A DNA stretch of 63,854 bases, counting the filler, from Sphacelaria rigidula (lineage: Eukaryota), in NCBI GenBank assembly GCA_964200075.2. It is 9 parts of 9 records of this genome, joined end to end, with 100 filler letters (N's around TTAATTAATTAA, not from the genome) between each part and the next. Parts side by side here need not be neighbours in the genome. Positions count along the whole stretch, not along the records: positions 35,534 to 42,539 come from CAXNAA020016989.1; positions 42,640 to 49,644 come from CAXNAA020016990.1; positions 49,745 to 56,749 come from CAXNAA020016991.1; 6 more parts are not named here. The stretch is one strand, 5' to 3'. The translations under genes and the position numbers were made by a program. Under the pieces are notes generated by a model that was not told where the DNA came from, ran no database searches, and saw only the letters and a program-made list of their open reading frames with translations. Shown here one piece after another: positions 38,251 through 52,147 of this stretch (the stretch's first letter is position 1; each line of letters opens with the position of its first letter).

Positions 38251-38843
38251 TCTCTGCCGTTCAAGTCTCGTGCGCTGACCACGGTAAAGCATGTCGGATT
38301 TGAACACAGATGCTACCCGTAAGTCCACATGTCGCGCAAATTCAGGATAAATTGGCAGGAAAATCGAGGACTTTCGAGTAGCATAGAGCATCTGCGGTTT
38401 AAATCCCACATGCTAGTAGTGTATGGGAGTTGACCAGCAGAGAGAGGCTGCTCGAATTATATCCTCGTTTTGCACAATTCGGATATTGGAAATTAAGCAA
38501 AGCGAGGATAAATTATTACAAGCAGCCTCTGCTGTACGAATTCCATGAGTGCTGGCAACAAGTATAGGATCCGACCATGTGCAGGGATCCGGCCTTGTGC
38601 AGGGTGGCTCTATTGGGACACCTTCCACGATGTGCGCGACTGCGAAAGTACAACCTAATGTACCCTCTGGCGAGAGCAAAGTGTCCATCTTTGTGGATTT
38701 TTGAAACGGGATTTTTCTGACCCGTAATTTGTGTACCTCCTTTTTGTAGGAGCCTCAGAATGAAACGATCTGAGCCCACATGTGCAACCCCTACCGTGGT
38801 GTATGACTCAAGAAGTGTTTCCACAGCACTGTCAGATATGGGC

Positions 38844-39496
38844 TGTAATGCGTGAGAGGACTGCGTGCTTAGAGGACCACATCGGCGTTAAAATATCCCT
38901 ATGGTTAGGGTTAGGGTCAGGGTTAGTGTTGGGGTTAGGATCATGAACGTCGATTCTGAGGTGATTCGAACTACGATGCGGTGTAATGAGGTTACGGTGC
39001 TGTTATGGCAAGCACCGGCTCACTAGGCAAGGCAAGGGGGTGAGTCCTCAAGACTGAACGGCTAGGCCAAATAATAAGGCACCGTCTCACACAGGACGTG
39101 GCCGACAAATACCAATATCTCACGCGCAAGTTCCATCTCCTCATTTATTGCCTGGTCTCGACCTTCCAGTATCCACTCGATCAACCCAATCTCACGCTCA
39201 GTATATCAGTCTCACCAGTGTTAGACATCTTGCTGAAAGAGGGGCAGTAGATAGTAGTGACAGAGGGTGACCATCGCTCGCTAAAGGCACGCTCAAGTCG
39301 TCATCATCTCCGCCATATACAAATTCACACTCGTAACTGACCAACGTTGAACAGACCTGCAGTCTTGGGTCTTAAAATACCCTAATTGCAAATATAAAGC
39401 CGGACTCACCCACGGGTCTGAGGTGGCATGATGACAGACTAATATACGCCCTCGTAACAGCGGTCCTCTAAGCACGCAGTCTTCTCACGCATTACA
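38844..39496. mobile_element. MITE with 35-bp TIRs and an internal telomere-like TTAGGG tract
   Basis: tgtaatgcgtgagaggactgcgtgcttagaggacc and its inverse with one mismatch; ggttagggttagggtcagggttagtgttggggttagg at 38903-38939. Confidence 0.8.
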
Positions 39497-39935
39497 TGCG
39501 CCCGTACAGTTGTAGCTGATAATTTGTGGAAACGTTTGGGGCAAGGAGAGATTCAACGTCGACTCTTCTAATTTCGTCGACGGTTTTAAAGAGGGCGTTT
39601 CGACCTCAGAAGGTATAATATTGGTAATCTTCTACAGGGTGACTTTCGCTATTTTGTTTACGATCGTAGCTAATAGTGCGCAGGAAAAATCTTATTTGAT
39701 TCAAGGCTGCTCTCTCAAGTTGATTGGTTGTCGCACACCTAGAAATTGTTGCAGATATACCGTGCGCGCAGTTCCACGAAATATTTATTCGTTCCCAGAC
39801 GCTCTCTGTGCTGTTGAGCGTCTGGGGGTTTGCGTATCCTGGTGGTGCCTCACTCGATCAAAATGTGGGGTCATGTGCATACATATGTGTATGTGCCCAC
39901 GTGTGTGTGTGATACCTGTCTTGCTTGGTATATAG

Positions 39936-40039
39936 AGGTGACAACTACGCAAGCGTTGGACGTTTTTCAGGCGCTGTCGAAGGCGGGAGGTGTTCACGAT
40001 GATGCTGAGGGAGCCGTGAATTACGACAAGCTCTTCGAG
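39936..40039 (+). CDS. Possible isolated exon, EF-hand-like
   Basis: EVTTTQALDVFQALSKAGGVHDDAEGAVNYDKLFE after a tag acceptor; would need a GC donor (GAG|gcaagc). Confidence 0.3.
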
Positions 40040-40431
40040 GCAAGCACCCGTTTTGTTTCTGTTTTGCGACGGCGACGGGCGCATAGAACGAACAGTGAAA
40101 CTCGTCGCTATCGCCGTTCTACGCATACAGTAGGGATTCCGAAGTATTTGTTCACTGCAACTGTGTTGACACGTGACAAAGGGTAGTCAGGGGAGTTCTG
40201 AAGGGCGCACTACCCCCAGCACAAAATTCGTTACACAATTCACCACCTGATTGCGATGATTAGTGGCTCAGTTGATGGATGGGTTAACTGATCATTTTTT
40301 TCGTCGGCTGCTCTCACATTCGACGATCTGTACGAGTCGAGTCATAGTCACAACACCGGGCGCAACCAGGAAAATATATGGGAATGTGCGCTATAAGAAT
40401 CTCGAGTAGAGTCGGATGCTACGGTATATTC

Positions 40432-40760
40432 CAGTGATCGTGTTGATCAGATGACCTTGCAGCAACAACGGCCCTTTGTTGCGTGCTCAAACAGACTACT
40501 GCCCGCTTTCAGTGACTGGGAAGAAGATGGGGATGTGTAGTAAGTCTTCAGTATAACTATCCGCACGTAGGAAATCGGGTCAAGAGAGGTGAGGGAGACG
40601 AGTGTGGGCGTAGGGCGTAGAGCACCACCACCTTGTCACGACAGAGCTCACGACCCACAATTTACAGCATCGCAAGAACCGCTATACATTTCACAAAATA
40701 TAACAACTCGGAGCAATTTCCCTTTCTCCAATCACAAGGAACGTTCTCAGTAACCTCGCA
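40432..40760 (+). repeat. Dispersed repeat; second copy at about 51113-51440
   Basis: Shared tgatcgtgttgatcagatgac...gagaggtg...caccaccttgtcacgac. Confidence 0.75.
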
Positions 40761-40827
40761 GGAATGATCGAATACCCCGCATTTTCCCCGCTCATGCTTC
40801 TGCCTTCTGTTCGTAGATCAGCTATAA

Positions 40828-41734
40828 TAGTAGTCAGCATCAGAAGTTTTCAGAATCAGTAGTTGTAACGGTTCTAAAGTTTTTCTCGAATATCATTCTT
40901 CATTACTACTTGAAAGTGCTAGCGCCGGTATATTTAGGGGAAAGAGTAGGCCGCGCTCAAACTTCAGTGCCCAAGTTGGCGTTTTGGGGGGGCACGGACT
41001 AGATCCCCCGTTTATCAGGAGGGTGTCATTGACCGTTTTTGGTCCAATAAAAACAGTTTTCCGGCTCTTCCGCAACGAAACGGTTTACGTTTAGATAAAT
41101 GAACACGTTTACAATTCTCCACAATAACGATCGAGATCGTGTTTTCGTCCTACACTGCACAGACCGCAGTCAAGTATTTTCTGCGGATGGCTTCTTTTCG
41201 TTTTTTTCGCATAACATTCTCCACGAGCGCTGGAAGGTGCTAGCGTCGATAGTTTTGGCGAAATAAGTAGACCGTGATCAAATCACAATGCCCAGGTTGG
41301 TGTTGTGGGGGCGGTACGGATGGAGTAAAGACCCCGTTTATCAGGAGGGTTTTATTGACCGTGAATGGTCCAAGAAACATAGTTTTCCGGCTCTAGCGTA
41401 GTGAATAGGTGGACTAAAAAAAAAAATCTTGTTTGAGCCTTCACTTTATATGATGATCGGGATCGATTCGGTCCATCGAAAGTACCGAAAAGCTAGAACC
41501 TGGGGTTGCACTTTCGCAGGACCCCCGAAGATCGGTCAAGCCCATAGGTCACTCAATATTGATCGCCGATATAGTTTTTTTCAAGATTTGTCAAGAGGAT
41601 GTAAATATCTCCAGATGCTGATTTTTTGGCATTCAACAGTCACTGTGATGAGCGGCGGAAAGCGAAACAAGTTTGGAAAATCTTTGAGAATCTAAGAAGT
41701 TACGAATTCTGCATGCTGCTGACGCTGACTACTG
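40828..41734. mobile_element. Non-autonomous TIR element related to the 36419-36967 MITE, with a duplicated internal module
   Basis: Ends agtagtcagcatcag / ctgacgctgactactg-TA; module ccccgtttatcaggagggt..attgaccgt..agttttccggctc at about 40970-41070 and 41290-41400. Confidence 0.6.
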
Positions 41735-41742
41735 TATATTAA

Positions 41743-41859
41743 CCCTTTGGGAACCCAGTGCCGATTTGTTTTTTGTGAGTCGGCATCATTTTGACTTGAA
41801 AATGTCTGGAACTGATGCCGATTCACAAAAACAGAAATCAGCACTCGGGTACCGAAGGG
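41743..41859. mobile_element. 117-bp piggyBac-type MITE
   Basis: TTAA-CCC...GGG-TTAA with imperfect ~45-bp inverted arms. Confidence 0.8.
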
Positions 41860-42765
41860 TTAAACACGGTAGGGGTGCACAAATATTTTCCGAGGTTAAA
41901 GAATTGTTAGGAGTCCTGTATCTCATCCAAAACACGACTTATGAAATATGTGGGAGTACACCAGGATTACTATTCCAATGTGCTAGGAATATCCCGAGTG
42001 AATTGGCGAACGGGGATGCCCTGACCCATTTCTTGTGCATCTAGAACCGTTAGGAGCCCCTGAACCAGACAAGAGTTTGCGCAAAAAGTGCACCCCTACC
42101 GTAGCATTGCCCCACACGAAACGGACGGAACAGGTATACGCCACTTGCTCGGCGATTCTGTTACTACGGTAGTTTCAGACGTTACATTACGGCGTGAGCT
42201 TCTATTTCTCGACTTTGGCTGTCATTCTTCTGTCGTTTTTGCTTTTATTTCATGTTTCTTTTTCGGTTGTTCCTTCCGTTTTCCACTAGAGCTATAGTTT
42301 CCTTGATCGCATGTTTGTCATGCATCTGCTATACCTCGGGCGCTGTGTCCGTGTTCCTATCACGGCTGGACACGTAGCGTACTTGTCGGTGACGTGATTT
42401 TAGTGGACGAATCAATCGACAAATCGAACTCTGTATGTACCCTTCTGCACACCGCATCACCATTTAACAGCCGATTGTATATTTTGGGGTTCATACAAAA
42501 TATGGGGCTGAAGTGGCATATCTGTCTTGCACGGAAGACNNNNNNNNNNNNNNNNNNNNNNNNNNNNNNNNNNNNNNNNNNNNTTAATTAATTAANNNNN
42601 NNNNNNNNNNNNNNNNNNNNNNNNNNNNNNNNNNNNNNNTGCTCGGTGGAACGCAAAAGCAGCCCGCGGGGCCGACCCGCCCCGATAATTCCGGGCACAC
42701 GCCCGTTTCCTCGCCCCCGACTGTTTTTTTTTTTTTGGGGGGGGGGGTTCCGGTATGGCGCATGA

Positions 42766-42900
<135 letters not shown>

Positions 42901-42999
42901 TGACGATGACCTCTCTATGACCCGATTTGCTCGCTAATAACCCCGGCAGAAAACAGGGGTTACTGGAGATTATCGTTAGCCTTGGGCGACTTGGACGAG

Positions 43000-45430
43000 A
43001 TAGGAGGTTTTTGAGGTACTGTGTTGACATGCAGTTGAGTAGGATCGAATACAGTGACGATATACAGGGTACCAAGAACCTAGCCGATGGGTAAAGACAC
43101 GGCTTTAGACGATATGTTGGCAACTTTAACTACCACAAAACCATTCTCTGCTGACCAAGTAGACAAGGTGCGTGCGACTATCAGAGGTTCGAAAACTAAG
43201 GGGCAATTTACTCGAGACATTTCATTCGCTGTGACTAGTCGAGATTCAACAACGACTGTACATTCACGGATGGGGCGACAGTCAGTAAACGCTTAGGCAA
43301 GTTCCCCATGACAGGGGTTGACGGTGACACGTCCCAGCAAAGTTACGGTAACTCATGGAGCATGAACAGGTACAGCTGCTACGGTCGAATGTATGCCGTT
43401 TGAAGGCGGGGTGGATGTGTGACCACGGTTTACTGCGGGAATAGGTCTACTTCACGTGGAAAAATATCGTGCTTCGTCTGACCAAGTGAAGGTAGCACTA
43501 AATTTTCACATGCAATTGTTGTCAAGAAGCAAAGAGTCGGGACCTAGCGAAGGTACAACACGTGCTTCGACGCGACGGGTGACATTGCCAAGGGTTGATG
43601 AAAACGCGACAAACCCAAGGATACCTATCGGCGAGCCATTCGTTGCACTAAGGGGAATAGCCACCGGGGGAACAGGTGACAAAGGCAGTTTCTGCAAAGT
43701 GGGGTGTGACGTCAACCACGCAGCAAAACAAACAGAACAATCGGTCGCGGTATCTGCTGTGACATCATTGACGGGTCGTGGTACTTGATCGATGGATGCC
43801 GAGATGCGGACGCGTTTCGAGGAAAACGCAGGTAACAAGGGTCCACGCTGTGACTTCAGCGAGGATGTGTACCACGGTATGTGTATCATCAGTATTTACG
43901 GGATCAGGAGCTGACGGCCGCCGCTCGGATGTGCCATGCATAAGCGTGACGGACGAGACTACATTACCAGCTTGAGACTTTTTTCTAGGCGGACTGATCG
44001 GAACTTCAACATTCAACGGAACAGCTGGCTTTACAGTAGTGACTGATGATAATGGGGACGGAGCAGGTGTGGCGAGATGTTGCGGCTTTTTGGTAAGAAT
44101 GAGGGTGACACCTATCGGATAATTTCACACCCTGACGTGATACTGGGGACAGACGAGATTTACGCCGTATGACGTCCCTTCTAGCTACTAATTTGCAACT
44201 GTGGGAAGTAGACCGTACCAGAGATAACGGCCTCCTGGCTGGGCGCTCTCATTCGCTGTCGGCATGGTCTTCGTCAGAGGGGGGAGTTGTTGCCGCCCTT
44301 ACAGTAGAGGTCTTTGCTTTCGCCGTGGCAGTGGTAGACTTGTCCGCCTTTGCTTTTCTGCCTATCGTGGGTTTTTTCTTGGCGGACGCATTGTGGTTTC
44401 CGTTTTTTTTTTTCGGGCACGGATTTTTGCGAGAGATCTTGCTACCTTCTCTCAACTGCCCTCCAAATCGGTTTAATCATACGTAACCCGATGCCGTCAA
44501 CTCTTACGTCGTTATGAGTCTGCCGTAAAACTTGCCTCTGGCACCGACGACGCGTGGACTGGATTCACCTACTGTATGTGGACTAATAGCCCAAGCCCTC
44601 CGTCCGTCATACCTCCACTATTCAAAAGCCCTATAGGGTGACGGATGCGTGCACTTACGGTACGAGCACGTCTTGGGGCGGTCAGGGGCGGGGGTTTTGC
44701 ATTTTCGACCCCCTTTTCTGCTCTGCATCCCGCGGGGGACAGCAGGGTGGGAAAAGGCTACGGAGGAAACAGGGTGATCGGTGACGTTGCCCGCTTCAAT
44801 GTTATGATCTCGATCGACTGCTTTCTATAGGATGACGGGGGTTTTTTGAGTCGTGGAGGTATGACGAACGGAGGGCTTGAGGCCATTAGTCCACATACAG
44901 GCGGCGAATGCTGTCCACAGGCCTCTTACATTGGCGTCGACAGCAGGACCAATGTAAGACAGGCCTGTAGGCAGCAAGCGTGATTCATCAATCCAGTACA
45001 GTGTGTGTGTAGGACGTAGCTTGTCACTCGGTGAAAGAGCACGGAGCGTGTCGAGACGCGACGTGGACTTGAACCAGACGACGTTTGCAAGGTAAGGTTC
45101 CGGGTTTGAGAACGGTGTGTCACGGTGGGGCGCCCCGGACGGGGTGCCTCCAAGTCAGGAGTATGACGAGCCCGAACTGGGGGTTGGAGGATGACGGTTC
45201 CAGGGTGACAGGCACGGGATGACCGTCCGGATTGACATGCCCGGGGTATTTAGTAAGCGGGTCGGGTCATACAGAGATCAAAATTACATGTTCTTATTTC
45301 CGAGTTGTGCTTGGCCACTGTAGCACGAGCCTTATGAAACTGCGCTGCGGGATCAATTCGTGTCTACGGAGATGAAGAAACCCTGAGACGCGCCGCTGGT
45401 AAGTGAAGCAGTCAGTCGTACTTTCCCATA
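43000..45430 (-). mobile_element. Degenerate Ty3/gypsy LTR retrotransposon gag-protease remnant in a RUVBL2 intron
   Basis: Retropepsin-like VTADTATDCSV...LSATNGSPIGILG...VEARVVPSLGPDSLLLDN, with upstream basic and zinc-knuckle-like remnants; boundaries approximate. Confidence 0.7.
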
Positions 45431-45608
45431 CTCGCTTGGTTACACTCTTCCGCTATCTTGGACATGAGCATCAAACTGCGTACAGATATGTCGTGGCTTC
45501 CGACCCTTGATTACAAAACAATTGAAAGTGGTACAATTGCTCGCATGTTTCCTCATGCTTGCAATTTTTTCAGTCTGGGCGTCTCTCGTCGACCCTGTGG
45601 TGTCGTGA

Positions 45609-45911
<303 letters not shown>

Positions 45912-46160
45912 TAGTCGTTTGACCATTGACCACACATCCCTTTCGAGACGGAGCATGGGGGGGAGTGGATGGTAGTGGAAGAAAATGTTGAAGACAATGT
46001 GTTGGATATCGTCAGCGGAAAAATAGCGCCTTCGTCAACGGAAACGTTGGCAACGATATACTCTTCTGTGTTTTTTTACCGAGATACAACCGTTGCAGTG
46101 GCGGGTTCGCCTCTTAGCCACCTCCCTATTCGCCCCCGGCTCGACGCAATGGTTTGTCAG

Positions 46161-46258
46161 GCAGCGTACACTGAGGCAGAGGTGAAGAAAATACTGTCAA
46201 TCCGCTGCGAGGAGGAGGATGTAGAGATGGCCGAAGACGCGCTCGACTTGCTCACGAG
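46161..46258 (+). CDS. RUVBL2: RuvB-like 2 exon
   Basis: AAYTEAEVKKILSIRCEEEDVEMAEDALDLLT(R). Confidence 0.96.
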
Positions 46259-46868
46259 GTTCGCACTTGTGGTTATCTTCAAGTTCTACTCTACCCAGCC
46301 ATCAGAACAGCGTCATTTGTCACACGATATGTCCTCACTTACAACAGTCAACAGTATATTATACATGCAGACCAATGCGCGTAGTCGATATCCCAGTACT
46401 TGTGCAAATATGTCGGCTGTTGCAGTGCGGCCGTCTGGCGAGGGAGGGCGCAGCACGATAACACTTGGCTCCCTTTCCCCCTATCCGACTGGTGTGGGGA
46501 CCTCGCTGTATACGCCGCCCGAGGCAGAAATACCCGCGAGTTGGATTCATCTTCCTTCAAAATCAGGTCCAGCGTGCTTGTGTAGCTTGGGCGTATAACA
46601 GGCGTAGTTTGCGCATACAACAAGCGTCCGCCTGACTAAAAAGGCGTTCGTTGCTATTGAGGAGTACGCTGTGTAATCCTTTCGATGCATCGCAAGCTGT
46701 AACCTGTTGCAGACGTGAAATTGTTTGTCGTATTGCCGCCGATGTCCAGCCGAGAAGCGAGACAAGTGACCGCCGGAATGATGTGCAGGCGAGACCTTTT
46801 CGGCGTGTTGACTGCTGTTCTGTGATTCGCTGTCTACTTTTTGCCTCATATTTCTCTTGGATTCCCAG

Positions 46869-46953
46869 GATTGGAATTGAGACCTCTCTACGGTATGCTA
46901 TCCACATGATCATGGCCGCGCAACTATGCAGCATCAAGCGCAAAGGCACGGAG
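46869..46953 (+). CDS. RUVBL2: RuvB-like 2 exon
   Basis: IGIETSLRYAIHMIMAAQLCSIKRKGTE. Confidence 0.96.
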
Positions 46954-47355
46954 GTGGGCGATATGTAGACAACAAGTTCGCAGTACACCGTGGATTCCCA
47001 GACGGGTGATCATCCCGTCCTTGAGCGTGGTACCACTAGATGCGTCTTGCTGATGCTTGTGATGCATCCTGATCCCGAGCTGCCGTTTGACACCGCGCCA
47101 GCGTTTGTTTGGCCTGTTTAGGTGCCATACGGAAGCCATCACTTAATCACGTCGTGGTTTACGGTGACGACGGTTCCTGAGATGTTTTCGACGGCTTCAG
47201 TCTATACGATATTGTACTGTCCGATGTGAATCTGAGAGGTTGAACTGATGCAGCTAAGAAGACGAAAGCAATCAAACGGCGACTTTCGATTCTTCTCATC
47301 AGCCGTTGCCTCCACGTCTCTGTCCTTCCCGTGGGTCACGGGATGTTTGCTACAG

Positions 47356-47439
47356 GTGGAGATAGCGGATATCAAGCGTGTGTATTCCCTCTTCGTCGAC
47401 GTCAAGCGCTCCACGCAGTTCCTCATGGAGTATCAAAAG
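47356..47439 (+). CDS. RUVBL2: RuvB-like 2 exon
   Basis: VEIADIKRVYSLFVDVKRSTQFLMEYQK. Confidence 0.96.
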
Positions 47440-47973
47440 GTGCGACCAATGGGCCACAGCTACCCCCGAGTACTTCGTGTATTTGTTACAATATCTATCA
47501 GTAACTCGCTGATCCTGGCGTAAAAGACATGACACGACCCACTTCCAAGTCTTCCGCGCAAGCGGTCAAGTGCTCTCCATTCACGTTCGAGATGAGACTG
47601 CATTTTCGCATTCGAACGCATCTGTCTTATTTCCCGAGTTCGACTTCCTAGACGTTTCGTTCTCTCTATATTGAAGCTACCCCTGCAATGCACCAACCTA
47701 CCCGAGCTATCCTGATTTCGGGTACAGTGCAGAATGTAGAATTCATCTCCCATCCTTGCACGGAAGCGTCGCTTGTAAACAATGCAGAGTCCACCCCTCT
47801 TCCCTTATCCAGTACTTCGTCTTGATTTGTTGTGCAACCTACTCTTTTTCAAGATGCTGCAGATTCATAGTGATGCGACTTTTCCTCAATCGGGGACAAT
47901 ACTCACGCGTCTCACCCAGCCCACATGATGTCGTTGGTTCCTGGGCTGTATTAATGCGTATGTACGTCCTCAG

Positions 47974-48072
47974 GATTTCATGTTCAACGAGCTTGCAGAG
48001 GAATCTGAAGACGAAGAGGAGGACGAGGAGGAGGACGAGGAAGCATCAGAGGGCATGGACACGGCAACGTGA
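47974..48072 (+). CDS. RUVBL2: RuvB-like 2 terminal exon with acidic tail
   Basis: DFMFNELAEESEDEEEDEEEDEEASEGMDTAT*; cctcag acceptor, phase 0. Confidence 0.92.
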   Translation, partial: DFMFNELAEESEDEEEDEEEDEEASEGMDTAT

Positions 48073-48259
48073 ACCGAACCCAGTACCCTATGGCGCGCGA
48101 CTGAGACTGCAGCACGTGATGAGCGTTCTAGTGCGTGATAATTGTGCAAATCTCATCTTCAGGAGCTTTTATCCTGTTTGTAGCGACTCACTGGTCGAGT
48201 TGCAACGCATGGTGAAGCTTCGTGAACCTGCGTGGAGCCACGTGTGCGCTTGGGTATTA

Positions 48260-48458
48260 GAGAGTTTCGCAAAACGCGTTTTTGTCATTTCAGAGTACAG
48301 ATATCTCAGGATCATAGTCCAGAACATAGAAAAACACCTCACCGGGAAAACGTTAAGGGGATATCACATTTGACGGAGGGGGAAATAATTTTTCCTTACA
48401 CTCTGATCCTGAGGTATTCGCGCTCTGAAATGACAAAAAAGCGTTTTCCGAAACTCTC
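48260..48458. mobile_element. MITE-like inverted repeat just downstream of RUVBL2
   Basis: About 58-bp imperfect arms gagagtttcg...tttttgtcatttcagag / ctctgaaatgacaaaaa...cgaaactctc. Confidence 0.7.
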
Positions 48459-49231
48459 CATCGTGCGGAGAAGGCAGATTTTTTTCGGCCGGTGGACACA
48501 AGAATGAGTGCCATGTCCAGCCCACCCCCGGGTTTCCGTGTGACACTCCAAGCAGATGATTAAATTGTCATTTTCCATGATTTCGCTGTTTGTCATGGAT
48601 GGGCGTACTCGTTGCCAATGCTTGATTCACCAGCATCTCCCTATTCTGAAGACTGGTTTTGGCTATTATATTCGATATTCCAAGACTTTGTTTTCTTCCT
48701 ACAGCAAGAGTACGCGTTATTAGAACTGATGATTGACTGGGAGCGATCGATTCCAGGAGCCTGTACCGTCGCTAACCGTGGCGGGTCGGCGATTTGCGGA
48801 GAGGAGGATACAAGAGGGTAATACCTTCATCCCCCTTCAAAATGAATCTGTGGAGGGGGGTAATCTGTAGGTGGTCGTTTTGAGGCATCATGGAAGGGTA
48901 TTCTGAAGGGTTGGCGCAGTTAATATGCAAGGAAGGAGAGGGAAATGATGAATCACGACACTGCCGGGTTGACAGTTCTTTCCGATATCGAGACATACGT
49001 CTACGGGTTGTTAACGCGCAACAGCTTGTTTGACCACAATACCAATATCGATTTCATTCGGAAGACCCACACAGCACGTTCTTGTGTGCATTCATGGATA
49101 CCATCGACTGTGACTTATTGTGGAAGAGGCCAGGGCTGATGGGGCGCGGCCGCGGTAGCATCAACTCCAAGTTATAACTATCGCAAAAAAATGCCGTGCT
49201 CGTCATGCCCATGTCATTTGTTGACTGATCC

Positions 49232-49644
49232 GGTCTAACTATTCATTTTGAGGTATTTTGTGATTTCTTCGTAATTGGCGATTTTGTTGGGCTCTTTCCG
49301 CTTGCCACCGCTTATAACATTGGGGATCTGAAGATATTTGTATCCGCTCCACATTCCAAGAAGAAAAAACCATCTGTACTCAACATTGAGTGAATTACGG
49401 GCTGACCGATCATCGGGGGTCCTGCGACATTTCAGCCCAAATTCGTACTCTTCGGTATTTTCAGTCGATGGAGCCTGTCCCGATCATATTTCTAAAAAAA
49501 TGTACATCTTTTTTTTTAATTCCGCCCACTCATTGCACTAGAGCCGAAAAATTGTGTTTCACGGTCAATAACACCCTCCTGATGAACGGGGTATTTACTC
49601 GTTTCGCCCGATAACACTAACTAGCACTGACTTGGGCTGAAATG
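49232..49644. mobile_element. Truncated copy of the 36419-36967 MITE
   Basis: Collinear homology, including caataacaccctcctgatgaacggggtatttactcgtttcgcccgataacac. Confidence 0.85.
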
Positions 49645-50405
49645 NNNNNNNNNNNNNNNNNNNNNNNNNNNNNNNNNNNNNNNNNNNNTTAATTAATTAA
49701 NNNNNNNNNNNNNNNNNNNNNNNNNNNNNNNNNNNNNNNNNNNNAAGGATGTCTGACACACTTATGAGCCTCTTTTTTTTTTTTTTTAAATACCCCCCCC
49801 CCTATCGTAGGATGACTCTATCGGTGATCTTATTGGTGGCGTGTTGTATATGTGAGTATCAGGGAAGGATAACGAAAACTCAGCCGAAAAGGATCGGGAT
49901 TTTCCGGGGGTGGCTTCGAAACTGGCATGAACCAAAAGCAAAACTATACCTAGATTACATACTCAGATAAAAATGGTTATACCACCAGAAATTTGAGAGC
50001 GCGTTGGCTTTACCCACTTTTTTGTGTGGGTACCTGAGCACGTTTTTCCGAAAGGAACATTAATTGTTTTGGTTGCTCACCGCTTGATTGCTCGCCCTTT
50101 GTCGGTGCGATTGGTTCAGCAACCCCCCGCGATACCCAATCGAAAGGCAATAAATACTACCGTCCCACAGTGCTGAGAGCTCAAGAGCCAAAAGGGTTGA
50201 ATTACTCCCATTGATAGTATAATCTCATATTTTCAAATTTTGTATCGGGGTCTAATACTCTCGATTCCCATTTTTTCGGATCAGACGTTCACCGTAGTTA
50301 GTGTTGGTAACCGGAAACCCGAAATATCACTTTCAACCGGAAAATTTGGGAAACGCTTCATCTAGACATCAACCACAGTATGCAGTTAATATTTTTCACA
50401 CGTAC

Positions 50406-50596
50406 CTGACTCGATGAACCGGGCCGCCAAACTTTATCGCCTTACCCCTCTCCACTACCGGCGTCCCGGAAGTATCGTAGTCACCAGGACCAGGGGTGGT
50501 AGGCAGCGGGAGGTCGCGCTCACATTTCGCGACGGAAATTCGAACGGACGGATCGTTCCTGTACTTGACAGCCCACCTCTCCACTTCGTTGTACGC
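50406..50596 (-). CDS. SHIPPO/sperm-tail PG-rich repeat protein, exon 2
   Basis: AYNEVERW...PTTPGPGDYD...AIKFG; ccag acceptor, gtacgt donor. Confidence 0.75.
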
Positions 50597-51560
50597 CTGG
50601 TACACGAGTATGCGGGCGTTGTGGGAGTGGATAGGTTAATTGGCCTCGGTAGCGTTGAATGCATTGAAAGGCATGAGTTGTGTAGTAATGAACAGTGGAC
50701 AAAAGGCCATGATCATTGAAAAATCACTCAAGCATATCACCGATATTTGTTTCTTTTTCCCGTCTCAATTTAATCCTCCCTTCTTCCTCAGGACGAGTCC
50801 GTGGTCTCTGGGGAACGACCCACATCTCCGCCGGTCAAAAAAAAAAAAAACACGCCTTGCATTTATATCTCGTGGATGTATCAACACTTTCGCACCGCGT
50901 CGACTCCCGTCAAACATACCTAGTCAAACAAACTGTCTTTGGTACTCACGGTCGTCCTCGCGCTTTCCACGACGGAAATCGGATATATCGAAGAAAAAAT
51001 GTCAACACATATCGCGGTATCTAACCCGCGTTCGTCCCACCCTAAACAGTTTTTTTGCCAGATCAAGGGTCTAGCATTGATTGAGAATGAGTTTTACGAT
51101 CCGCTAGTCAAATGATCGTGTTGATCAGATGACATTGTAGCAACAACATCCTCGTGCAGTGTGCCCAGACAAAGCGCTGCCCTCGTGTAGTAAGTCACAA
51201 TAAGATAAAGATGGTGTGTTTCAAGTCTTCATTCCACACTGAGAAAATGGGGTGGAGAGAGGTGTAGGAAACGAGTCAGAGGCGAGGACGTAAGTCACCA
51301 CCTTATCACGACCGCCCACGAACCAGAATCTCCAGTCTGTTCATGAGTCACAACCCGTCATCCATCCACGATCCACAAACAATTCTCAAGTCTAGGAACG
51401 CGGAACAATTAATCGTTCTCCCACCACAAGAAACCTTTCGAATACTCTAGTGTTTTCTGGACCACTGTATATTCCGTAATTCCCCGTTCACAATGCTGGC
51501 TCATGCTTGTAGATGACTTTCATTGAACATTCGCTCTCCAGCTCGACCAACTTTCGATCT

Positions 51561-51561
<1 letters not shown>

Positions 51562-51615
<54 letters not shown>
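51562..51615 (+). repeat. (GT)n microsatellite
   Basis: Direct reading. Confidence 0.98.
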
Positions 51616-51617
<2 letters not shown>

Positions 51618-52147
51618 CCCTGTGACGCTGTCATGTGCTCACAGCGGCACGTCAAAAGTCTACTCAGGGGTATCAGAGGCTTCAGTGGCAAGCTATTACA
51701 GAAGGTGTAAAGGCCTCGTATAAGGCCTAAGGGTACATTTCGCAACTGAAACTGTTCAATGTATGATCGATCATTTCTGGAAATCTGGAGTTCTATTACA
51801 GGTTCCTGCTGATGATGGACGGGGCCAATACAAGAACATTGTATTGGATTCACCCCACGTCTGAGAGCATTCATTCAAGCCGCTCCTCGCCTAGCTCGGC
51901 GAAGTATTCCCCAAGAAACACTTGTAGATGAATGGATTCGGATTTCCTATTATTCCTTGAGTCCCCATCTCAATCAAACGTTTGAGCCTCAATCTGGCGA
52001 AAAGCCTGTTCTTCATGAACGTTGTACGATTACGTATAGTACGACAGACTACCGGACCACCACAGTAGCACCCGGGTGCGGCGACAAAATTTCAGACGAT
52101 ATTCGGCAGTTTGGGTTGATGGACCCCCATTTATCTGTCGCAGTCAC

